Part shown: piece after piece, positions 46,966 to 60,239 of the stretch
Layout of the letters: every line of letters starts with the position of its first letter
How positions within the stretch are numbered: the stretch's first letter is position 1
Source: Narcine bancroftii
Taxonomy: Eukaryota
Assembly: GCF_036971445.1 (NCBI RefSeq)
Contig: NC_091478.1
Location: 19,220,001-19,283,875 of the forward strand
Direction: 5' to 3'
Length of the DNA: 63,875 bases
Position numbers and translations under genes: made by a program
Notes under the pieces: model-generated
Told to the model about the DNA's origin: nothing
Database searches by the model: none
The model's input: the letters and a program-made list of their open reading frames with translations, nothing else

Positions 46966-49900
46966 TTTTTAAAAAATATGTGATGCAGATATAAAAATTG
47001 TTTATTTGATTAAATTTTAAGCTTGAAATAAATAGACTGGCAGGCTGAACTGAACATATCCTCACATATCTAAAAGATATTCTGTCATGGTATGAGTGAT
47101 GTATGCTCCTGCCTCAAAGTGTTTCTGAAAAGTGGACAATATATTGCTTTGTAACAGGTAGATTGCACATATCTTTCACTGTTAAATAAAGGTGCTGCAA
47201 TGGTCATTATTACTATTCTCAGTGATACTAAAATGATTACGTTCCAAAAGCCCAATCATCGCTCTTTCTGAGCACTTGATGCCATTGAGAGATGATAGAA
47301 CTGTTAATCAAGTAGCCAACTGCTGACAGGAAGGTTCACTATCTGTGAAAGAAACATTTTGTTTGTCCTCTTGTTGCCTTTAGATTTATGAATACATTTT
47401 ACATCCTTCATAGATCAGAGGAGATCTGAAGTGGGGAGAAATATAATAGGAATAGGCTGCCATCATTGAACACTAGATAAGGGAAGGGTTTAGGATCAAT
47501 GTTTTTCAGATTGCCTTTCTCTGAAAATTAACAAGCAAATGGATAGGTACTGAGAGACCAGATGGCACCAATATTGCTTGAAAAAACAAATATTTATGAC
47601 TTAAGCTTATGATCTACTCTGCAGCCACTTCATTTTAGGTAGAAACGCTCCCGTGTTCAAGAATTATGTACGAAATATTCAGTGCAAATGTCAATTTTTG
47701 AATGGATCTCAAAGAATGATGAATATCCCTGATGGTTCCCAAGAATTTGCAGACTTCATGCTCTTTGAAGATGGTGATGGCTCAGACCCCAAGAAAATGA
47801 CCCCAAAATGGTAGAACGGAGAGAGATCGATTTTCTTATCAAATAATGAATTAAACGCAAGAGATTTAAGAGTGAGAAACGTTTTCACAGGTTGTTCTTA
47901 GACAGCAGACTGCATTATTTATCAACCTAAACATCAAAGTTGGCAGATAATTAATGGGATTATGTTAGCAGGGTAGGCCACTTGTGGAGCAGATAACCAT
48001 CAACATGTACTGGTTGAATTCTTTGTTGCAGTTTACATGCACATTTTTGAATGCTAGTTTTGAACACATTTTATTGTGTGTACATAGGTTACGACATCCT
48101 ACTTACTGACCTGAGATCCAGTAGAAAATGAAAGAAAGCATTTGAAAATAATTGTCCGGCAGTGCACAGCATCAACTTCACAGCCCCCTTTCCCTCCCCC
48201 CTACCTTGTTTTCAACTCGAGCTTCACTGCTTTTGGGGTCTAAAAGTGCTTCAGTTCAGTGCACATACTTCACAAGATGATTATGGATGAAGGCAGCTGT
48301 TCTGCCAATAATAGTTCATCCAGCCAGCATGCCCCTGTAAGTAATAGACAGTTTAATATTTAAGAGGTCTGTTCGACATATTGATCATTTATTGAGAGTT
48401 GACCCCTATCTCAAAAGTCAGTATAATGTAATTGTTGCCTTATATTTGGCACATCTTCAAAAGGTTACATCTCCTTTCAGAATTGAAAAGATCAAGCACA
48501 AGTTTATTCAGAAAACTGGCAGGTCATCCTCGTGACTTCCTTGCAACTGCCTCCTTAATCTTTTCCCAACCATTGATGATATCTGACCAAAACCTATAGG
48601 ACAACCTTCTGGGACATGTGATGATTTTTTTCTTGGTTTATGATGCACTAACATGATTGGCATTATTAATTACTGTGCTATATGACCTTGTAAAGGATGA
48701 ACACATTCAATGACCGATTGTTAGTGTAGACAAATTGCTCATTCCACTCAATTTAGCTGACCATCACTCTGGGTAAACTTCATTTCCAGTGCAAACAATT
48801 CTCAACGGAGACAGCAGGATGAGAGTGGGAAACTGGAAAATATCTGGTATTTCAAAGAAACGAGAAGTTTTACTGTGAAATATTGCCTGACTTGTCATCT
48901 ATTATCATAATTTTCCAACAATTTACATTTATTCACAAGCTTTTGCAGAACAACTCATGAACAAATTCAAACAGGGTTTCACATCTCTAGAGGAACAGTC
49001 TTCTGTTTGAACAAAGAGTGGTGGAAGCCATGTTGATCATATCCCATGTGCACGGAGAGTTTACCCTTTTCTGATTATGAATTTATTGACACAGAAACCT
49101 GTAGGAGCTGTGGGGATCCATGTGCCCAAGGTCTAAAAGTTTCATTCGTCCATTTCCAGTACAACATTAGAGTATTGTGAAGTTGGTTCGAGAAATTCAG
49201 TATGTATCAACTCACAGAAAAGAGATATAATTCAACAATGTACCTCTCCACAGAAGCTAAGCCATCAACTCAGTTTCATGAGCAAACTGTTCGGGAAGGT
49301 TGATAACAAACCTGTGATAATTCTGTTTAAATGATCTTATCTGCACATACAATGTTAGTCTTAGCCTCACTGAAACAGAGCACCACCAGTGGCAGGAAGA
49401 TCATCATCAGGTACCAACTAGTTCTTATTCATAGAGCTTGGTGCTCATTTGTCAAGAAGAAAACTATTCAAGCATCAGTTGGCCGTTCGTAAACATTTCC
49501 AGACAGGGTAAGATTGTTGTGTTGTCAACAACCCAATTGCTTGGTTTGGATTTAATGAATACTATGGCAAAATTCTGCTTGACCTCCATCTTAAGATCCA
49601 ACAACAAATTGTAGGGCACATCCATCTTGAAAAGTAACAGCTTGCACACGAGTTTTAATGACGTAACAGGATTTCAGAACAAAGTGTTGACAAAGATGAA
49701 AGTGATACACCAATTATGGTGCTCAGGTCTGTCCCTCCTTGTATTATGAAATATGTAGGGCACAATATCATTAACCTTGTATAGGAGATTCACAAATTTG
49801 TGCTGACTCACTTTTCTGTGTTTAACATTTTGCATATTATTGAGTAATATATCCTTCATCAACCTGCTTCAATATTTAGCATTTTAATCTTGTTTTAAAT

Positions 49901-50660
49901 TTGCATTGATGCTCGCAGACCAAGAGGCAAAAACAGATTCGATTCAGAACCAACAAGCTTACAATAATATTGAAGTGACTGGTTTAAATGGTTTTAATTG
50001 TGAGGAAAACCACAAGAATTAGAGCAAAGTCACCAAGGACAAATGAAAGTCATTACTTATTGGAGACTATCTGAATGCAAAGACCAACGTCTTCCTGTTA
50101 TACTAGCATTGTAGTGAGATACACTTCCTCCTCCAATATTATGGAAATATCCGTGAATAACTGCTCCATCATTTATGAGTTTGCCAACAGTGATAAATAT
50201 TAGTCAGTTTAATGGTGATATTCTCATATAACAAAAAGACAGGCAAAGTCCAATCATTTATTTGTGTGCGAGGCTTTGAATAAACCATCGGGTTGTGCTA
50301 AAACGCATTAGATTAAGAATGGTGCTCCCTATGTTTCTGCAGTTTTATAGCCCTGTTACGAACTAGACCAGCAGCAACAGAAATTCACTGAGACAATGAT
50401 GCCCTCAGAACAATAATTTTTATTAAAATAACACTTCTGATTTAACCCCACTATGAGTGTGCGTGAGATCTGTCCTAAAAACATGCCAGTTTACAGGGAC
50501 AATTGTAAAAAGAATCAATTTTTTAACGTTCAGTGAGTTTTATGTTGAAACTCCAATTCTTTATGTTGCTCAAAAGTAATTATGGAGTAGATGCGAGGCC
50601 TCAGACTTCTCAAAACTCATGAAATTCTTAAAGAGTGGTTTTCAGAGAATTGTTTCTTCA

Positions 50661-50958
50661 ATAGACAATAGGAGCTGGAGTAGGCCATTTGGCCCGTCGG
50701 GCCAGTACCGCCATTTTAGATCATGGCTGATCATTACCATCAGTACCCCTTTCCAGCCTTATCCCCATAACCCTTAACTCCATTACCCACAAGAGTCTTA
50801 TCTAACTCTCTTTTGAACATAGTCAGCGAATCTGCCTCTACCACCCTCTGTGGCAGAGCATTCCACAGATTCACACTTCTCTGGGTAAAAAAATGCTTTC
50901 TCATCTCCGTCCTAAAGGGCCTACCCTGTATTCTTAAACTATGCCCTCTAGTCCTCTT
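50661..50958 (-). mobile_element. CR1 3'-terminal fragment
   Basis: RTRGHSLRIQGRPFRTEMRKHFFTQRSVNLWNALPQRVVEADSLTMFKRELDK (CR1 ORF2 C-terminus) plus ctattgtctatt tail. Confidence 0.9.
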
Positions 50959-51504
50959 CACATGAATGGTTTACCTTTCTTGTATGGAAGATTCAGAACT
51001 TGTGTTTTTTTTCCCTCATGATGATTTCACAAGCCCCAGCAAGAGTTACATGAAGTGGCCATGTGAAAACGGACACAATGAAACTGTTTTCTTTTCAAAG
51101 AGACAGCTGAGGCAGCTTCTCCTTATCATCTCCCATGATAAAGAGAATACAACACAAATAGTACGTCTCTGACCAGAGGCTACTGCGTTTCTGACCTCAG
51201 GTGCTTCTTGTTGCAATATTAAAAAGTCTTTTCTGGAGAGACAAAATCACATGACCTCATGCTGTCTTTGAAGTTTCTTCAACCCACTTCAGAAGTATGA
51301 ATCATGAGCTTGTTTAAACAGATTCCATCTCTCAGCAAACACTATCGTCTTAGTTTCAATGAAGAATCACTTCAGTTTTTATGGCTGTTTAGACATCTTC
51401 AGCCAACAATGGAATAGCAGACATTTTAGCTTTCAAAATGGTTTCTGTGTATAGGTGTCTGTGTCCCTGCCCACCCACAAGATCCCTTTACTATGAAACA
51501 CATA

Positions 51505-51559
51505 TTCTTTTTCTTTGGCTTGGCTTCGTGGACGAAGATTTATGGAGGGGTAATGTCCA
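51505..51559 (-). mobile_element. RTE LINE 3'-terminal 55-bp fragment
   Basis: ctttggcttggcttcgtggacgaagatttatggagggg matches the RTE 3' UTR. Confidence 0.85.
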
Positions 51560-51954
51560 TATAACTATATAACTAAAGATTAATAACACAATTTCACCAC
51601 AGCCCCAATTAATGGGTAGAGAATTTAAATTGTTTGCCTAACAAAATGACTAAATTATGTTAGAATTTTTATATTAATTAGACTTGATAGTTTTCACTTA
51701 TCAATTTTGTACATACAAATTTAATAACTCTTAGCGACTAAGTTCCATTAACAGGTTACTGCTTTGCAGTAATTTCTTTGAATTACAATGGTCACAAAAT
51801 TATTGTTCATAATTTGCTTGAAATTTAGATCTGGTGTGGATATTGAAGGGGACGGATAAAGTGAATGTTCACAAGCAATTTCCCCAATGCAGTTCATGCA
51901 AGAACTAGATGACACAGGTTCAAGCTGAGGATGGGTGGTGGGGAGGGGGAGAGA

Positions 51955-53558
51955 GAGAGAGGAGTGAATTGTATTAAAATTAATATTTTTCCAAGAATAC
52001 AGTACCTTTTTCAATCTATCCCTTGTTTCATACCTCAAAAATTCTTTAAGGATTTAAATTTAGTTACACGTAAATTTTTGTGGAAAGGTAAGATGAATAG
52101 GGTATCTCGAGAAAAATTGACATGGAAATTTGAATTGGGAGGATTACAACTTCCCCATTTTCAGAATTATTATAAGGCAGCACAATTAAAATTTATAAAT
52201 GCAATGTTTGATATGACAAAAACTACTGCTTGGTTAAAATAGAATTGGATAAAATTGATGAAAATTCTATCATGGAACTTATCTATAAATGGAATTCAAA
52301 ATTATTAACTGGAATAGACCCACTAATTTGAAAGCATTTAATTGAATTATGGAATAAAATTGATTATCGGACAGGTTGAAAAGCTAAGATCTCAATGAAA
52401 ACATCTTTATACCAGAATAAACTTTCTTTTACTGTAGATAATCAATTTCTGAAAGTTTGGAATCAAAAGGGAAATTAAAAAAAAGTTGAAAACTGTTTTG
52501 AAGCTGGGAAATTTTTGTCTTTTAACCACATGAAAGATAAATTCCAAATTTCTTCAAATACATTTTTTTTCTTATTATCAAGTTTTTTTTTAAAACTAGA
52601 ACAATTAGGTCATGATTTAAAACTACCAAGACAGTCTTCCTAACAATTACTTCTAACTAAAGATGATTCGAAAAAATTTATTTCTGAAATGTACAAGTTG
52701 TTACAAAATAAATGGCCTAAACCTGATCTTCATAGATCAAAAATGAAATGGGAAGTGGATTTTGAAAGATGGATGAAAATGTTTGGAGAAATACGTGTAA
52801 AGATAGTACGACGAAGGTAATGAACGTACGTTATAGATTAGTGCAGTATAATTTCTTACATCAGATGTATCTGACTCCATTGAAATTGAAAAATTTTCAG
52901 CTTAGTTCTACAGATTTATGTTTCAGATGTGGCCAAAAGGTAGGTACTTTATTTTCCATTCGACATGAACTTATCCTAAGGTTAAATGTTTTTGGTTGCA
53001 AATTCAATTATTTTAAGAGCAGATATTAAAAATAAATTTACCCTTTGACCCAATGTTGTTTTAACTAGGAGATATTAAATCGATAGCTTTAAGATTGAAA
53101 TTAAATATGTATCAAATTGAATGTTTTATCATTGGAAGTTTCTAAAAAGTGCTTGACTATTACATGGAAATGGGATTTGAATTTAGGGATGAAAAGATGG
53201 CATATAATGAAATGAAAGCCTTTATTCCTTTAGAAAAGATTGCATGCAATTTGAGAGGTAAATTTTTTTTAATTAAAGTTTAGAGCCCTTATTTGAAAAC
53301 TATTGATATTAAAATGTGAGGTCCTGGTCCTGATCCTGGATGTCTCTGCTCCTGCAGCCAAGAAGCATTTAAGTTAGAACATTGTAGTATTAAATAATGA
53401 TCTCCTTTTTCTTTCTTTATAGTTGGGGCAGGGAGGAGGGAGGGTAGTAGTTGGGAGCTTTTTTTAAATATATAAAAATGATTAATCACACTATGTATGT
53501 ACCCAATTGTAGTAACTAGGTTTGTGATGTTCAATTTTAAATGCAATATTAAAAAATA
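51955..53558 (+). mobile_element. L1-clade ORF2 3' fragment
   Basis: VNCIKINIFPRIQYLFQSIP..GGLQLPHFQNYYKAAQL, VQYNFLHQMYLTP..CFRC; same family as the 21240-23340 segment. Confidence 0.8.
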
Positions 53559-53564
53559 GCACCC

Positions 53565-56060
53565 CTACAGAAGGTGGACTTGATGGCATCTAGTAGCCTT
53601 GTCCACTTCAGTCTTCACTGTTGCGCCTTCCAGAGAAGTGAGGAGGTGTGTGTCCACGGTAGGTCACTCGTTAAGTCAACTCCAAGGAACTTGGTGATCA
53701 CCATCACCACCAGAGTTACTGATGTGTAGCGGAGGGTGCTCCTGGTCCTTCTGAAGTCCACGATCATCTCTTTAATCTTGTCCACATCGAGACTCAGGTT
53801 GCTACTCATGCACCGCACTGAGATTTTCCACCCTTCTCTGTAGTGCGACTCATCGTTGCTTATGAGGTCAACAACTGTGTGACATCTGGATGTGGCGATG
53901 CAGTTGTGGGTCAATAGTGTAAACAGGAGTGGGCTAAGCACACAGACCTTAAGCTATTGACCCTGACAGACTGTGGTCTTTCCATTCTCAAGTCGAGGAA
54001 CCAATTATAGAGAGGGGTGTTTTTTCCAGTGAGAAGAGCTTTTCCCACCAGATTCGGGGGACTGATCACATTAAATGCCGAGCTAATGACAATGAACAGC
54101 AGCCTGGCGTATGAGGCGTCGTTCTACAGGTAGGTTAGGACAGAGCATTGCCTGTGGATGGGTTTCTTCTATAGATTCCCATATCACTGTTGTTACATGC
54201 AACATAAACACCCTTGCATATATTTTACAGTGAGTGCTTAAAAGCAACTTGTACTTCTGCTTTAACCTTTAACTGATGATTATATCTACTCAAGACCCCA
54301 TCCAGTGCGATCCCAGACAGGCCAGGTTCTGGTTTTCAATGCCCAAGTGATTTTTTAATGCTCAACCTCTGACAGTTTCTTTGCGGCTCCTTTTGTAAAG
54401 GACTCACATCTGTAAAACTTTACGTAAATCAGGAAAATCTGTACACATCTTGGCTGAAGTAAAAACACAAAGATGGAGAAACTCAGCAGGTCAACAGTGT
54501 CCTTTTATATAGCCAAGGTAAAAATACATTACCATAGTTTCGGGCTTGAGCCCTTCCTCAAGGTTACAAGAAAGGCAACGTGGCTGTGGAATCAAGTCTG
54601 TTAAGTCATTTATGTATTTTTACCTTTGCTATATAAAGGACACTGCTGAGTTTCGCCATCATTGCTTTACTTCTATAAAGCTTTAATCCATTTCTCTACA
54701 AAGAACTATTTGCAATTTTTTCTCCCAGAGGGCAGTGAGAGTTTGAGAACTGCCTACATCACTCCCTAGCCTAACATTAATGTAAACACAGCAATCGAAT
54801 TAGCCCAGTTCCCATAGTAATTTCCCTGGTTCGCTCCACTCCTGAACTTTGCAATGAGGGCAACGTTGAAGGACGTTTTTGGAATTCCCCAGTGCCTATA
54901 CTGAGAATCATTGCAAAGATCTTACACACGATTAAACTTTAGAGACTTTACCTTTGTAAAGATAGGAGGAGGTTAATAATTAAGTCTCAATGTGGCAAGA
55001 TGAAGGACATGATCGTGGACTTCAGGAGGACCAGGAAATGACCACCCTTCACTTCACATCAACTCTGTAATAGAGTGAGTGAATAGGTCCAAGTTCTTTG
55101 GAGTTCACTTAACTAGTGATCTATCTGCAGCAACCATACCACACTGTAATGCAGCCAGCTAGGGCTCCCTCGATAGAGCTCCTATAGAAGGTTGACATAA
55201 TGGTGGCCTGTAGCCTTGTCCACTTCAATCTTCTAAATGCAGTCGCTGTTGCTCTTTCCTGACCAGTTAGGAGACATGCGACCATGATGGGTTATTAGTT
55301 AAGTGAACTCCAAGGAAATTGGAGTTCCAGTTTCTCTATTACAGAGTTGTTGATGTGTAGTGGAGGGTGGTCATTCCTGGTTGTCCTGAAGTCCATTATC
55401 ATTTCCTTCATCATGTCCCTGTTGATGCTTAGGCTGTTACTCTCACACCATAATCATAAGATTTTTTTCTCCTCATCTTTGTAGAGAAACTCATTGCTGT
55501 CGCTGATGTGGCCAACTACTGTTGTATCATCTGTAAACTTGATGACACTGTTGGAGCTGCATCTGGTGATGCTGTTGTGGGACTGTCGCGTGAACAGGAG
55601 CGGGCTGAGCACATAGCCCTGAGATATGCCAGTGCTCAGTGCGACAGTGCTCAATGTTCTGCTACCGACCCAGACAGACTGGTCTTTCCATCAAGAAATC
55701 AGGAATCTACTTATAGAGAGGGGTGTTGCATTTCAGTGAGGACAGCTTCTCCACTAGTCTCTGGGGGATTATTGGATTAAATGTCAAGCTGAAATTGATG
55801 AACAGCAGCCTGGCTTATGAGGCATCATTCTCTAGGTGGGTCAGGGTAGGGTGAAGGGACAAGGCTATAGCATCATCTATGGAATGGTTTCTTCTATAAT
55901 CAAATTGAAATGAGTCCAGTGTCTCTGGGTGGTGTGCTTTGATGTGTCCCATCACCAGACGCTCAAATCACTTCATAATGGTCGACAGTGCCACAGAGTC
56001 GTAATCACTGAGGCCTGTTATTATCGCTCTCTTGGGTACTGGGATGATCATAGCTGTCTT
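53565..56060 (-). mobile_element. Rex1/Babar-like RT fragments (53565-54170; 54990-56060 with an internal inversion)
   Basis: LSPLLFTLLTHNC, STGISQGYVLSPLLF, IKFTDDTTVVG, KEMIVDFRR, KFLGV. Confidence 0.75.
54455..54675. mobile_element. Palindromic PLE-derived terminal-repeat element (degenerate)
   Basis: ggagaaactcagcagg..gtttcgggcttgagcccttcctcaagg followed by an inverted arm ending ggacactgctgagtttc. Confidence 0.55.
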
Positions 56061-57074
56061 GAACTCTATGGGCTAAATTGAAGATATTGTTATTCTGGTC
56101 ATATACCATTTTCCTGCATTGGGTTTCTAACTTTTCCAAGCCCTTCCTATCAATATATTTGTCCGAAAGTCCTTGAATGACATGATTTGGTTCCACTTTC
56201 TCTGCCAGCTCATTCCAGACCCAGACAACTCTCTATGAAAAAGATACCCCTTTAAATCCCTTACCAATCTCTCCCCTCTTACCGTAAACCTATTGAAGAT
56301 TAACCTAGCCTACAAAGGCTGAGCATGCTTTATCCATGCCCCTGATCATTTTATGTATTTGCACGATCATCCAGCATCTCAAGCAAGCACTTATTCTTGT
56401 AAAAATATGTGAACAGAGAATGGAATTTTTGACTTCTCTCGAATTGCACAAGCACCTATGCTCCCAACTAGCAAATAAAGCCCATGACTCAAGATTTATT
56501 AGTGCTTTCTTAAATATGCACACAAAATAAAATTTACCGTATAAAACGAGGAAAATATTTTTCATCAGTGGGTGGCAGAATTTTGTAATGCACTGAATTA
56601 ATTGCAAGATTTCTGTTATTCACAAGTAGCAATGAACAAAGGAAGAAATCCTTTCTTCAAGAAATCGGTTTTAAAAAGATTGCTGCAAGTTTACAAAAAC
56701 CTTATTCTAACCACTTTTGCAATCAATTGTAGTACTATAGCAAGTTAAAAGTCAAGACCACGTAATTACCACTGTTTTGTAAAACCCGCACAGGTTTCCA
56801 TCACTTTTCCCTCAATGTTTTCCATTGGCGAGCATTTTCACAAATTCATGCTTGGGCTCAGAGGAATGTAATTTGTAGCTTCTATTGACAGTTATTTGGT
56901 GCTCATTGTCAATAATTGCCTTGAAATTATGGGTTAAAAAAAAAAATCAGACCAGCAAGATTGGAACTGTTAATTTCTGGTGAAATACAGCTTAATGTAA
57001 TGTTGTGCAATTGAATTATCTGAATCTATTGCTCAAACTACATTAAAATATAAACTCAAGGTAAAATTTCAGGG

Positions 57075-57438
57075 CAATGGTTCTCAACCTTTTTCTTTCC
57101 ACTCACGTACCACTTTAAGTATTCCCTGTGCCATGGGTGCTCCGTGATTAGTAAGGGATGGCTTAAGGTGGAAAGAAAAAGTTTTAAAACCACTGTTTCA
57201 ATCGTACCTCATTGACTCGTTATGTGCACGGTTTCATAACTCCAAAGGAAATGGGCCAATGACAAATTTCCTCAAGCAAAATATTTCAGTAACAATTGGG
57301 TCTAGAGCAGTGATTCTCAACCTTCCCTTCCCACTCACATCCCACCTTAAGCCATCCCTTACTCATCACAGAGCACTGAAGGCATAGGGATGACTTAAAG
57401 TGGTATATGAGTGGAAAGAAAAAGGTTGAGAACCACTG
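57075..57438. mobile_element. Composite hAT MITE (two units plus ~115-bp spacer) with 8-bp TSD
   Basis: TIRs caatggttctcaacc / ggttgagaaccactg; TSD tttcaggg / ttttaggg (7/8). Confidence 0.85.
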
Positions 57439-59659
57439 TTTTAGGGAATGTAACATTTCATTCTTTTACATTTTAGACCATGGTAGATTTGTTACTATAT
57501 TCTGGGTTATGCAGAGTTAAAATAAATGATTTGATATCCAGGCTTTGTCCTAAATTTATCAAAGGTTTAAGGGGAGTGAATAGCAATGCAATTTCCCACT
57601 TCCTCAAAACAGAAATTAAAGCTACTTCTAGTAGAAGCATAGTTGGTTTGCATACATGACACAAACTAGGTGATCAACTTATTATTGGCACACCAGTGGA
57701 GCTTTCAGCAGACAATTCCTGAGCTCCAGTCAATTTCTCAGTAACTATACAGGGGATCAAAAATAATATTGTTAGTGCCAAATTTAACCAAAGTTTTACA
57801 AAGTGCCCAGTTCAAACTTTTAATTCCTGGAAAAATTAAGATAAACTTGGAGGAGTTGCATCAGTCAAGTTTGAAGAAAATAGCCCTTCTATAGTGCCCA
57901 GACAATGTGTTTTAAACCATTTTGCAAAAGGAATGAAGCCAGCTCGCTTTCATCGGTCAGTGTTGCACCATGCTGTCTTAAAGCTACTGCTGAACAACCC
58001 ATCATTTCAAATCTGTGCCAACTCTGCAACTCTTCGCCACTTAGAATGAAGTTAATGTTTAATTCTGTTCATATTTTTCCTCACAGAAGAGATACATTTT
58101 GTCTGTTTGCAGAGGTATTCAGATGAAAACTATAAGCATCCCATATCTAATTTGGACCTTTCAATTTCAGCTCAAAAGTGAAGATATTGGTGACTTACAA
58201 ATTTAAGGCATTTCAACACCCGCTGAAGGCCTAACAATTGTTGGTAAAATATATATTTACTTTCAATATGCCAAGCTTTATCTAAATCATCTAAAGGCAA
58301 AACAGCCTTTAAAAGTTAAGGTAATCAGAATCAAACCACAGCTCAAGTCAGATGGATTGTAAGCGAATTTGACCTGAATTGTAGCACTCTTCTAGTCCCG
58401 CTCAAAGAATTTAGTATTCATTTCACAATTGGCACTCACTGAAACTTTAATTTAAAAATATTTTTAGGATCTGGGTGTTGCCTGCAAGTCCAGCATTTAA
58501 TGCCATTCTTCACTACCCCTCCAGGAGGTGGTTCATAATGGCACACCCATAATATTGAGCATGAATTCCAAGATTTCAATCCCACAAAGGGCCAGTTATA
58601 CATTTCTCAGTTAGGATGGTGTGCAACTTGGAGGTAGCGATGTTGCCACCTGTCAGCAAGTCTTGGTCTCTTGATGATAGAGTAACTTGCTTTGCAGTTT
58701 GTACATTGAATGTATGACAATCACTTGGTACAGTTGGTGAATAGAACATCAGGAGGCATTTGACATTCGTAACCTAATATGCACAAGCATTTTTGTTAAA
58801 ACTAAGACACATAACAGAAGTGAAGAAATGTTTGGAAGTAGGAAAGTGACAAGTTAAAATTAGAAATGATAACACTCAATATTACATCATGTTATGCATG
58901 TTGAAAAAATGTCACAGGTTAACAGTGCATTAATGAGATGTTTCAACAATTTGCTTTTATAAAATTAAGCCCGAAACAGTAAACCATGAAAAGTTATTTT
59001 CATAAATTGAATGGTCGTGTGCTGAAATTTTAGCTATGCATTTTTTCTGCCCGTCAACTCTTGTTAACACTAAAATCTATTACTTGGGATCTGCATTAAA
59101 AAAAAGGTTACTTGATAGTTATATTGGAAATAAAAAAAATCCCAAACCTGAGAGCTTGGGCTTGTCCAAATAGCTGAGAGACTAAACATAGTAAAAGTCA
59201 CCAAATTAGTTTAAAGGAAAGAATGAGAAGAATGCAGAAAACTGGCCAGATCCCCATTTATAAGAGCAGCTGGCCAAGCAATGTTTCTTTTAAAAAAGGA
59301 GAAAGAAAAATTAAATCTAAATTACTTAAATATGGTATGTAACTAAACAATTTAGAAGTTGTTTTGATGTGCAGGAATAACTGAAAATTTTGTTACTAAT
59401 TCTTCGACGTTTCTTGTCGTGAATTCTGCATTTTGCGTAGTTTGAAGGTGGGGAAAAAGAGTCAACTTTCTTACCATTTTCTTGCTGCAAATCATGTCCA
59501 AAGCCATGACATTTTGCAATTTGCACACTGTGTTGATGTCAATGTTACACCACTTAGAAGTCATCAACTAAAGTATTTCAATTCGTTACCGAAGAGTCCA
59601 AGATCGCATTTATTTAACCACTCACAGGACTACACCATGAGCATTGCAGTTCATTCCAG

Positions 59660-59706
59660 AAGGGCCGACATGGCCTGTTTCCGTGCTGTAAACGGTTATA
59701 TGGTTA
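59660..59706 (+). mobile_element. CR1-type 3' tail of the GGTTATAT family
   Basis: gggccgacatggcctgtttccgtgctgtaaacggttatatggtta. Confidence 0.7.
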
Positions 59707-59804
59707 AGGGTAAGTGTACCTTAGCCTCAAACTTTAGCTGAATGTGTGACAATAATTTTTATGTTTGGGGTAAATGCCAGTCTCCCATTCATTAATGACG
59801 ATGA

Positions 59805-60016
59805 AAGGTCAAGACGAGCTTATTGTCTTGACTAGAGAAACCATGTTCTCCAGTCCTCGGTTCAAAACAGGCAGACACAGCCAGATGGAACATAGGCAAA
59901 CAATACACATGCAGGACAAGTCGTCATATATACAAATAAATATTGTTGTGAGAATACAAGACTCTCAGTGGTTAATGTGAGCAATTTCTTGGGTCTTTCA
60001 GCATTCTCACTGCCCA
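59805..60016 (-). mobile_element. Rex1-like 3' UTR fragment
   Basis: Homologous to 29745-29925 (tttattgtc..tgtgagca..gcattctcactgc). Confidence 0.55.
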
Positions 60017-60239
60017 TTGAAAGAATTTTACCTACCCATCTCACTTCAACTCCCAAGATTTTTTTGGATCTAAGCCCAATAGGTTGGACACCGTGGCCAC
60101 AACTTGAGTACTACCAAAAGTTTTGGTATCTCAAATTCAGATCAGATTTATCATCCTATACATTTTGTGGGCAATCAAGTGGGTACAAGCAGAGTCAAGT
60201 GATGCTGAAAGGCCGTCTAACAGCAGGAAAAGAATGTTT

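Larger units (their letters stand above)
50354..51750 (-). mobile_element. Possible long LTR-like repeat, interrupted by CR1 and RTE fragments
   Basis: TGTTAC terminus homologous to the 38979 end; right boundary and TSD not resolved. Confidence 0.35.

Noticed and set aside
49440-49862. Short ORFs suggesting a decayed coding relic
   Set aside because: No diagnostic motif recognised; BLASTX would be needed.
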